Part shown: in pieces, positions 1-7,259 of the stretch
How the letters are laid out: each line of letters opens with the position of its first letter
Numbering within the stretch: the stretch's first letter is position 1
DNA from: a virus
Taxonomy: Duplodnaviria; Caudoviricetes
Length of the DNA stretch: 34,320 nt
Reading direction: 5' to 3' (one strand)
IMG/VR virus record: IMGVR_UViG_3300017912_003643
Coordinates: 1-34,320 of that record
Notes under the pieces: model-generated
The model's database searches: none
Told to the model about the DNA's origin: nothing
The model's input: the letters and a program-made list of their open reading frames with translations, nothing else
Program-made: the position numbers and the translations under genes

Positions 1-415
1 CTTCTTCACTGACAGTTTCTTCATTTGTTACATAATCTGCTGCAGTATCAATATAGTCTGCTGCTTTGGTAATCTTTGACTGAACCCATGCTTTGAGTTC
101 ACCCTCTCCTTTTTTACCCATCTTTTTATTAAGACGTTTTGCAGCATTCATAACTGTCTTCAATTGTGAACGTGCCATGGAGTATTCATGATCTTTTTTG
201 GTTTCTTCGGACATTCCGTTTCCACCATTGCCACCATTTCCATTTCCGTTGCCGTTACCGTTTTTCTTGGTTTCGGTATCATCAGCAGAGTGACCATTTT
301 CTTTACGGAGCATTCCAGCAGGTCCCACAACCTTAAATCCTTTAGGGATTGGTTTACACTTTTTATCAGTGTAACAGTAATATTGTCCTGCAGGGCAGCG
401 TCCGTTCTTAGCCAT
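1..415 (-). CDS. Hypothetical protein, 3'-truncated by the window edge; Cys-rich N-terminus and Asn-Gly repeat
   Basis: Not in the ORF track. Manual translation from ATG at 415 is open to the window edge: MAKNGRCPAGQYYCYTDKKCKPIPKGF...KKNGNGNGNGNGGNGGNGMSEETKKDHEYSMARSQLK...AWVQSKITKAADYIDTAADYV. Preceded by late motif ATAAATA (438-444) and AAGGAG. Confidence 0.85.
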   Translation of the reverse strand, partial: MAKNGRCPAGQYYCYTDKKCKPIPKGFKVVGPAGMLRKENGHSADDTETKKNGNGNGNGNGGNGGNGMSEETKKDHEYSMARSQLKTVMNAAKRLNKKMGKKGEGELKAWVQSKITKAADYIDTAADYVTNEETVSEE

Positions 416-437
416 CAAAAGAGTAATTACTCCTTAT

Positions 438-444
438 TATTTAT
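438..444 (-). promoter_or_regulatory. T4-like late promoter (ATAAATA)
   Basis: Minus strand reads TGATAAATAATAAGGAG; matches the gp55-type TATAAATA core and lies about 25 nt upstream of the ATG at 415. Confidence 0.65.
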
Positions 445-2642
445 CATCCATCAAGTGCTACAGTAAGACCAAGTGACATACCAGGTAGAGATTGCCAATT
501 AGTTCCATCATAGAACTCAAGTTTTGATGATGTTGTATTGAAGATAATTGCACCCTGAGTGAAGGTTCCTGCATCTCTAGCAGCAGTAGTATAAAGTGGT
601 GGATAAAATGCTGTAGATGCTTTTAAGGTAGCAGCAGTGATGATACCAGTAGTATTAATTGAGACTGTCGTACCAATTCCAACTGAGGCTTGTTTGCCTT
701 CTCTGTCTTGGAATGTAACCTCACCCGCACTATCTTGTTTAATAGTAACAGTTGTAGCTGTACCAATAATAATTTCATCAATACCTTCGATTTTTCTGGC
801 ATTTGGGTCTAAAGTAATCGATCCTTGACCAATAGTAAGAATACCAGTGACTCTTGCATCACCCTCAACTAAGAGTGCGGTTGATCCAACACCAACATGA
901 ATCGTACCGACACCAGTGCTAATCGTAGAAACACCAACTACATTAATACCACCTGCTAAAACATCAACACCAGTTCTTGCAGTTACGATACCAAGAGAGT
1001 CTACATTCTTGACATCTTCATATGTAATTGTTCCACCAACAGTGATGTTTCCATCAACGTACTGATTTCCCCCAACATAGAGTGCAAAGTCAGTCCTTGC
1101 AGTGGTAGCAATACCAACATTCTTGGTTGTATGAATACCAGCAGATGTTGTTGCCCATGTTCCACCTGCACCTGCACTGCCACCTGGAGCAAATTTAAAT
1201 AACTTGTGTTTGTCTGCCCCAGTTTGATTTAAATCAATCTTGAGCACCATTCCATCATAGGCACTGATATTTGTGGCAATGCCTGCAATATCATCAAGAT
1301 ATTGAAGTCTTGTTTCTCCACCACCACCAATGGATCCGAGTTGATACTGTACTCTCTCTACAAATCTTTTATAGTGCTGTTGCAACTGATCAAGAGTTAC
1401 AAAGTTCTGATTAATTGGAGTGAGAGGATCTGGATTATCAGTATCTGGTGAATCCGCACCAAGAGGAACATTAGTTTCTGCTAATAATTGCTGTTCTTCT
1501 TGTAGTTTTTTCTGAGAATTTTTAATATCTTCTACAATTTTGTAAAGTCCCTTGATGTCAGACTTTACATAGTCAATATCTTTATCATAATACTTAACTT
1601 CTGGAAGTCCTGAGATCTCTTCTCTTAACTCAGTAAAATACTTTAGAAGTAACTCATCAGTCTTGGTGCTGGTATAGTTAATCTCCTTAAGTTCTTTATT
1701 GATATTTTGCTTAAGAGTATTATATTCACCAAGAATCTGTTTCTTCAGTTTGCGATCATCATCTTTAAACTCTTTATGATACTCCCACATCTTGAGAGAT
1801 GATGATCTGAGTTCTTTCCAGATCTTGTCTTTTTCTTCATCAATACGAGTATCTACTTTTTCACTAAGATTAGAGATATCATTCTCAATTTTAATCGTAC
1901 TGTTGAAATGCTTTGTTTCAACATCTTCAGAGAGTTGTTCAAGATCAAACTGAACCTTTCCTCTCAGTCCTTCAATAGTATCATTGACCTTTACAAAATC
2001 ATCATCAATAACACTAAATGTTTTGCCAATCCAAGAAAAATCTGGAACTTCATTTACTTCATTGACCCACTTAGGGAACTTAGGAATCGATGCTTTTACT
2101 TGATCAATTGCCTCACAAATTGCTGCAATCTCAGAATCATAATACTTGACTTCTGGAAGATTTGTTACTTCAGTCTGAAGACTGTCGATTCTATCTTCGA
2201 TAGCATCAACTTGCTCATCATAGTATTTGACCTCTGGGAGATCTTTGACTTGTTCTCTAACGAGATCAATCTGCTCACATATTGCCTCTACTTCTCTGTC
2301 ATAATATCTAACTTCAGGAAGATTACTAATTTGTTCTGCAAGTTCCTCAAGTTCCTTATCATAATATTTAATTTCTGGAATGTCAGGAATATCTGCCCTG
2401 ACATCATTAACCATTTTGACCAACTCTGGCCAAGGTGGAATTATATCTTTTACTTCAGCAAAACTATTACCATCTAAATCTTCTATAGTTTGTGTTGCTT
2501 CAGTTAATATCTCTTCTTCTTTTTCAATAAAGTCTTCTACAGAAGGGAGATCCTCTGCGTTCTCTTCTGTTATAAAATCTTCAACTGATGGTAAGTCATT
2601 ATTGACCAAATCATCAATAGAAGGCAACTCTTCCTTGGACAT
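444..2642 (-). CDS. Repeat-containing coiled-coil protein with C-terminal fibre-like beta region (putative virion protein)
   Basis: 732-aa ORF with three LPS(I/V)(D/E)D(L/F) repeats, five (L/I)PE(V/I)(K/R)YYD repeats in a heptad-rich acidic region, a GGGGETRLQYLDD linker, a Gly/Val/Thr-rich beta region and a terminal GAIIFNTTSSKLEFYDGTNW motif typical of phage fibre proteins. Confidence 0.7.
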   Translation of the reverse strand: MSKEELPSIDDLVNNDLPSVEDFITEENAEDLPSVEDFIEKEEEILTEATQTIEDLDGNSFAEVKDIIPPWPELVKMVNDVRADIPDIPEIKYYDKELEELAEQISNLPEVRYYDREVEAICEQIDLVREQVKDLPEVKYYDEQVDAIEDRIDSLQTEVTNLPEVKYYDSEIAAICEAIDQVKASIPKFPKWVNEVNEVPDFSWIGKTFSVIDDDFVKVNDTIEGLRGKVQFDLEQLSEDVETKHFNSTIKIENDISNLSEKVDTRIDEEKDKIWKELRSSSLKMWEYHKEFKDDDRKLKKQILGEYNTLKQNINKELKEINYTSTKTDELLLKYFTELREEISGLPEVKYYDKDIDYVKSDIKGLYKIVEDIKNSQKKLQEEQQLLAETNVPLGADSPDTDNPDPLTPINQNFVTLDQLQQHYKRFVERVQYQLGSIGGGGETRLQYLDDIAGIATNISAYDGMVLKIDLNQTGADKHKLFKFAPGGSAGAGGTWATTSAGIHTTKNVGIATTARTDFALYVGGNQYVDGNITVGGTITYEDVKNVDSLGIVTARTGVDVLAGGINVVGVSTISTGVGTIHVGVGSTALLVEGDARVTGILTIGQGSITLDPNARKIEGIDEIIIGTATTVTIKQDSAGEVTFQDREGKQASVGIGTTVSINTTGIITAATLKASTAFYPPLYTTAARDAGTFTQGAIIFNTTSSKLEFYDGTNWQSLPGMSLGLTVALDG

Positions 2643-2686
2643 TTTATTAGTAACCTTAGTACTTCGGGATTTCTCTCCCTTTCAAC

Positions 2687-3106
2687 TTATTTAGGTTCTT
2701 CCTTAAGTCCGTCCTTCAACATTTTTGCTAACTCTGCAGTTGATCCAACAAACAATGCATTGTTGACTGTTGATGGACCTTTTGCTTGCTTCTCTTCCTC
2801 TACTTCTTTTAATTTCTTTTGCAGATCTAATAATTTATCTGTTGCATCTGCAACATTTTTAATTAATTGACCTGCAACTTCATATGCTCTTGGCATTTCA
2901 CTTTCTTGAGCAAGTTCAAGAACACCATTCAATGCCTCTTGTCCTTTTTCAATGATAGAGTAAAGATTACCTCTAGTATATTCATAGTCTTTTTTAATAT
3001 CGTCAACACCTTCTTTTACTTTTTCAATCTTCTTTTCTACTACTTCTGGTTGAATGACATCATCAGATGTATTGAAAGTGTTATTTAACTCATTAAATTT
3101 AGACAT
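2687..3106 (-). CDS. gp16: Terminase small subunit
   Basis: DYEYTRGNLY...ESEMPRAYEVAGQLIK...NNALFVGSTAEL motifs of the T4 gp16 family; directly follows gp15. Confidence 0.93.
   Translation of the reverse strand: MSKFNELNNTFNTSDDVIQPEVVEKKIEKVKEGVDDIKKDYEYTRGNLYSIIEKGQEALNGVLELAQESEMPRAYEVAGQLIKNVADATDKLLDLQKKLKEVEEEKQAKGPSTVNNALFVGSTAELAKMLKDGLKEEPK
2688..2694 (-). promoter_or_regulatory. T4-like late promoter (CTAAATA)
   Basis: CCTAAATAA overlaps the last codons and stop of gp16, upstream of the 732-aa gene. Confidence 0.6.
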
Positions 3107-4107
3107 TAGAACGTACTACCATCAAATCCAAAGTCATCTCCACTCTGAATCAATGCATTATCAGCAGCAGTGATTCTACCAATAGCAGCACCTTTGAGAT
3201 GAGTTGTTGTTGTTGTGTTGTCCTCACCACGTCTAACAGTAATCTTATTACCACTGATAGACTTGACAAACATCTCTTCATCATCAATTACGATGTAAGT
3301 AGATGCAGTCAAGGTGCTAGCATCATCAACTTCAAAGGTTTTTGCAGTTAATGTAATGTCATTAGTGAGTTGAGTTGCAACATCTCCATCGTAGTTCTTG
3401 ATTGCTCTTGGAGTAGAAGAATAAGAAATCTCTCTTGTAGTATTTGAAGTATCGGTTCCAGTAAGATAACTGACAGTTGCCTTTTTGATAATATCCTTGG
3501 TTGCAGTAGAAGTAGGACCAAACAGATATGTTTTAGCAGTAAATCTTAGTGTATAAAGAAGAACTCTTCTCTGAGAAAAGTCTCCTTCATAATCATCCTG
3601 CATCGTGATATTTTCAAGTACGACAGGGATATCTCTTTTTTCTTTAATCGTTTCAACTAATTCTACAGTAAGATTATATGCAGGTTGAAAATATGGTAAA
3701 ATTTGTTCTACAATTTGAAGTGCATCATCATTCAACTTTGACATGATGGACAATTCAAATTGCATGTTATATGGGACAGGCATATAAGACTTTTTAGTCT
3801 CTGTGCCATCATTAGGATCCTTAACTTTAAATTGTTGAGTTGTAGTTACTTTCCTAGAAGGATCGTATGTTAATCCAATAAACTCAAATGACATCCTTGG
3901 CAAAGTGATGGCAAATGGTTTGTTTAGATCGGGAGATTGATTAATTCTGGCAAGAAATTTTTGTGTAGGTCCATATGCCAAAGGAACTTTTACCACACTG
4001 ACAACATCATCAGAAGAGTCTGTGTGTTTAATGGAGATATTATTAAAAAGAGTTCCAAAAGATATAATGGTTCTCCTCAAAATTTCGTTATAAAAATATT
4101 CAAACAT
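3106..4107 (-). CDS. gp15: Tail sheath stabilizer / tail completion protein
   Basis: MFEYFYNEILRRTIISFGTLFNNI...VPLAYGPTQKFLAR...LPRMSFE...PVPYNMQFEL...QIVEQILPYFQP; position between gp14 and gp16. Confidence 0.93.
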   Translation of the reverse strand: MFEYFYNEILRRTIISFGTLFNNISIKHTDSSDDVVSVVKVPLAYGPTQKFLARINQSPDLNKPFAITLPRMSFEFIGLTYDPSRKVTTTQQFKVKDPNDGTETKKSYMPVPYNMQFELSIMSKLNDDALQIVEQILPYFQPAYNLTVELVETIKEKRDIPVVLENITMQDDYEGDFSQRRVLLYTLRFTAKTYLFGPTSTATKDIIKKATVSYLTGTDTSNTTREISYSSTPRAIKNYDGDVATQLTNDITLTAKTFEVDDASTLTASTYIVIDDEEMFVKSISGNKITVRRGEDNTTTTTHLKGAAIGRITAADNALIQSGDDFGFDGSTF

Positions 4108-4142
4108 TTTTAAACCTGCACTATCTTACCATAAGGTAATTC

Positions 4143-4149
4143 TATTTAG
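4143..4149 (-). promoter_or_regulatory. T4-like late promoter (CTAAATA)
   Basis: CCCTAAATAG contains the gp14 TAA stop; about 35 nt upstream of the gp15 ATG. Confidence 0.65.
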
Positions 4150-5594
4150 GGTGTACCAAATGGATTCTGTTCGGTAAAATCTAAGATGGCATTTGCTTCA
4201 GTTTGAATGTTAATGTTATCTGCAAATCCATCATCTGCTGGTTGAGAGTCTGCAGTTCTTAATGCATAAGAAGCTCCAGATGTAGACCCAACAATATTTT
4301 CACCAACAGTAAACTCACCATCAACACTTCCAACCTCAAGAACATTTGTCTCAGAGTTCCATACTCTAACTCTTGCCGTTGTTCCACTTTCAGATCCAGT
4401 TACGATTTCGTTAAACTGGAATGTTCCAGATCCAGAACTTTCTGAATTTCCAATAACAACTGTTGGTGCGACGGAATATCCAAGACCTGCATTGGTAATA
4501 CGAATTGCAGAGATAGTTCCAGCAGCACTGACCACTGCAGTTGCAGCAGCAGATACAGTTGTTACACCAGTTTCAAATATTTCATTGGTAAATGTGATCG
4601 TTGGATTTTCAGTATATCCTCCTCCACCAGAGGTAACCGTAATGAGTCCAACAACACCATCACCAATAGTTGTTGTTGATGCTGCACCAGATCCTCCTCC
4701 ACCACCACTAATTCTCACTGTTGGTGCAACAGTATATCCTGCACCAGAATTTACAACGTCAATTCTTTGAACGGATTGTAATTTTGGATTAACATTAAGA
4801 TTACAGACATTAATACCACCAATCATAGATGCGATTCCCACCGCAGTTGTTCCACCTGCTGGGGCAGAAGACACTCCGACTGTAGGAATGCTACTATATC
4901 CACCACCTCTATTAGTTATGGTGAAGAATCTTACACCACCATCAAATATAGCAGCAGTTGCAGTAGCAGTCGATCCTGAACCAACTAAAGTAAGTGTTTG
5001 TGTTGGTCCCTGAATAGTGTTTATACCATCATCAGTTTGTCCATCATAATCCTCACCTATGAGGTTATTATCAATGTCATCTATACCAGTTGCAATAACT
5101 TCATCTTCCAGACGGAAGAGTTCACAATACAACTCATAAACATAAAGATTTTGTAACTGATAATATGGTTTTGCATATTCAATATCTTTGATTTCATAAA
5201 TTCTATCATCAAGAGGAAACCAAATAAGATCTCCACTTTTTGGTCTAGTTGATAACTTTATATTTGCCTGATCTTGAATTAAAGGAGTAATATAATTTTC
5301 AAATCTTTCTCTTGAAATAATAAGTCTTACTTCGTCTTTAGATTCTATACCAAATTTTGAAAGAATATTTCCTGCACCAGAATATTGATCATAATTATCC
5401 ACATATGCTTCAAGGGGAAGTGCAAGATCAAATTTTGACTGTACGACTTCTCTCATGACAGTATTCTCTGTCAGATATTTTCTAGGTAAGTAAAAAATAT
5501 CTACCCCATAAGTTCTGAGTTGCTCATTTATTAAATCCTGAACAAGATTTTGTTCGGAGGATGTGCCTTGTGTAAAGAAAGGATTTAATACCAT
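4146..5594 (-). CDS. gp14: Neck protein with inserted repeat modules
   Basis: LNPFF...EQNLVQDLINEQLRTYGVDIFYLPR...LSKFG...RPKSGDLIWFP...PYYQL and C-terminal LDFTEQNPFG; follows gp13. Confidence 0.92.
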   Translation of the reverse strand: MVLNPFFTQGTSSEQNLVQDLINEQLRTYGVDIFYLPRKYLTENTVMREVVQSKFDLALPLEAYVDNYDQYSGAGNILSKFGIESKDEVRLIISRERFENYITPLIQDQANIKLSTRPKSGDLIWFPLDDRIYEIKDIEYAKPYYQLQNLYVYELYCELFRLEDEVIATGIDDIDNNLIGEDYDGQTDDGINTIQGPTQTLTLVGSGSTATATAAIFDGGVRFFTITNRGGGYSSIPTVGVSSAPAGGTTAVGIASMIGGINVCNLNVNPKLQSVQRIDVVNSGAGYTVAPTVRISGGGGGSGAASTTTIGDGVVGLITVTSGGGGYTENPTITFTNEIFETGVTTVSAAATAVVSAAGTISAIRITNAGLGYSVAPTVVIGNSESSGSGTFQFNEIVTGSESGTTARVRVWNSETNVLEVGSVDGEFTVGENIVGSTSGASYALRTADSQPADDGFADNINIQTEANAILDFTEQNPFGTP

Positions 5595-5598
5595 GATA

Positions 5599-6447
5599 TC
5601 AACCTATCATGTCCATTGGAGGAAGTTCATAAGTATTTGACATTTGCTCTCTAATTATTGCTAGTTCTTTTTCTGCATCGTCATAGATTTGACGACCATT
5701 CAATTCTATTCCACCAGGCAACTTGACTCCCTGGAATTTAATTAAGTTTTGACCCCACTGTCTTTTCATTAGAGCAGTCAAATATCGTTTTAAGAATGAA
5801 TCATTCCAAACTCTAGGATGATCATTTGGGTCTAATAAACGATAACAATCAATAATAATATAGTCATCTTTTGACATGGATCCCCAGTCTATGTCAAGAT
5901 ATAATCTATCAGATCTTTGATTAAATCTAATCATTTTTTCAGTACTCAGAGCAAAATCAATATCTTCAAGATATCGTTTTGTCATCGCATAAGTTAAAAT
6001 TTCAGTCGATCCCCAATAGTAGATATCATTGAGAAACAACTGATATTTTACACTGAACATGTTGTTTGTTACAGTGTTCGATCCATCAAATTTGAATATT
6101 TTAGTTACACCAAGAACTTCAGGAGGAACTTTTAAATAGTTACTATTTTCTTCAAAAGAAAAAGTAACTGTAGAACCATTAATTGTATCGGTATTAGTGG
6201 TAGTTGTTATTCCTGCAGAATTATCAGTTCCACCTCTTGCTCTGCCCCTATCTATATCTTCTTGAGTTATTTTATACTTTAAAAATGTCTGAGTCAGTCC
6301 ATCATAATCTCTTTCATGAAATATTTGAAGAGCATCATCAACTAAATCATCTACTTGTTCATCAGCAATATTAATTTCCAGGACAGGTGCCCCTAATTGC
6401 CTTTTGCAATAATTTATAAGATCTGTCCTACTTGCTGGTTTTGCCAT
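5599..6447 (-). CDS. gp13: Neck protein
   Basis: PASRTDLINYCKRQLGAPVLEINI...WNDSFLKRYLTALMKRQWGQNLIKFQGVKLPGGIELNGRQIY, characteristic of T4 gp13. Confidence 0.95.
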   Translation of the reverse strand: MAKPASRTDLINYCKRQLGAPVLEINIADEQVDDLVDDALQIFHERDYDGLTQTFLKYKITQEDIDRGRARGGTDNSAGITTTTNTDTINGSTVTFSFEENSNYLKVPPEVLGVTKIFKFDGSNTVTNNMFSVKYQLFLNDIYYWGSTEILTYAMTKRYLEDIDFALSTEKMIRFNQRSDRLYLDIDWGSMSKDDYIIIDCYRLLDPNDHPRVWNDSFLKRYLTALMKRQWGQNLIKFQGVKLPGGIELNGRQIYDDAEKELAIIREQMSNTYELPPMDMIG

Positions 6448-6470
6448 TTACTTCACAAGTTTCCTATGTG

Positions 6471-6477
6471 TATTTAG
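6471..6477 (-). promoter_or_regulatory. T4-like late promoter (CTAAATA)
   Basis: CCCTAAATAC contains the stop of the 132-aa gene; about 25 nt upstream of the gp13 ATG. Confidence 0.65.
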
Positions 6478-6872
6478 GGTGCTGAAGATACTGGATTGTA
6501 CACATACGCATTTCCATTAACTAATGAATATGTTGTGCTACCTCCACCAACTTCTTCCTTAACTAATACGTCGTACATATATCTTCCTTCTGCCAAATTT
6601 CTTGTAGAAGTTGTACCAAGAGAAAGTTTCATTTGACCATCATATGCACTGGTGAAACCAACAGTGAATGAAGTTGTAATACCAAGTGTTGCTCCAACAG
6701 CAACACTTTTAGAAATTGCTGCAGAACCGCTATAGTTAGTCAAATCAAAGTTACCACTTGAAGTGGTCTTTACATTTAGATTTGCAGTAAAATCTGCTCC
6801 TCCATATATTGTCAGATTAAGACCATATGGTACACCAGAGTCTGGATCGAACGTTATGTTGTTAGTTGCCAT
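6474..6872 (-). CDS. Small putative virion structural protein (beta-rich)
   Basis: 132-aa ORF with NLTIYGGADF...FDLTNYSGSA...LSLGTTSTRNLAEGRYMYDVL pattern, resembling small beta-sandwich baseplate/neck-associated proteins; lies in the late operon. Confidence 0.7.
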   Translation of the reverse strand: MATNNITFDPDSGVPYGLNLTIYGGADFTANLNVKTTSSGNFDLTNYSGSAAISKSVAVGATLGITTSFTVGFTSAYDGQMKLSLGTTSTRNLAEGRYMYDVLVKEEVGGGSTTYSLVNGNAYVYNPVSSAP

Positions 6873-7044
6873 CTGGGATACCTATTACTTGCATGGTTTC
6901 TTGCTGCTTATAATAAAGTTTACAAAAAGACTTTGCAATATTCTTTAAAATATCACGATCATCACAATTATCTATATCAGTTGCAATCTTTTGATATGCA
7001 AAACTTTTTGCTAAGTTTGTTAGTTCAATGCTATCGGGATCCAT
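6862..7044 (-). CDS. Small helical protein, NblA-like (tentative)
   Basis: 60-aa ORF overlapping both neighbours. By eye IELTNLAKSF..KIATDIDN..RD.LK..KLY..QQET resembles the NblA helix-loop-helix pattern. The CDS is well supported; the function is tentative. Confidence 0.6.
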   Translation of the reverse strand: MDPDSIELTNLAKSFAYQKIATDIDNCDDRDILKNIAKSFCKLYYKQQETMQVIGIPDGN

Positions 7045-7258
7045 TTAGTAACTCCTTTAGTAACGATTTAATTTCATTGATGTCACTCTTTACATTAGCA
7101 AGTTCTTGCTCCATGTTCTGTACTGTTTGATTCTTTTTAGATTTCACTTTACGTGTCTCAAGATACTGCTGATAATCAAGTCCATTTACATTAAGTATTG
7201 CATTGGTTTCAGGATCTCTTGCGAGATCCTTATTACCTTTTAATTCATAGAAATCCAT
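7031..7258 (-). CDS. Hypothetical protein with C-terminal coiled coil
   Basis: 75-aa ORF starting 1 nt after the upstream stop; LARDPETNAILN motif and heptad tail ELANVKSDINEIKSLLKELL. Confidence 0.8.
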   Translation of the reverse strand: MDFYELKGNKDLARDPETNAILNVNGLDYQQYLETRKVKSKKNQTVQNMEQELANVKSDINEIKSLLKELLNGSR

Positions 7259-7259
7259 A

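Noticed and set aside
2660-2680. GGGA-GAGAAA-TCCC hairpin after gp16 as a terminator
   Set aside because: Only a 4-bp stem with no U tract, and it lies downstream of a late promoter motif.
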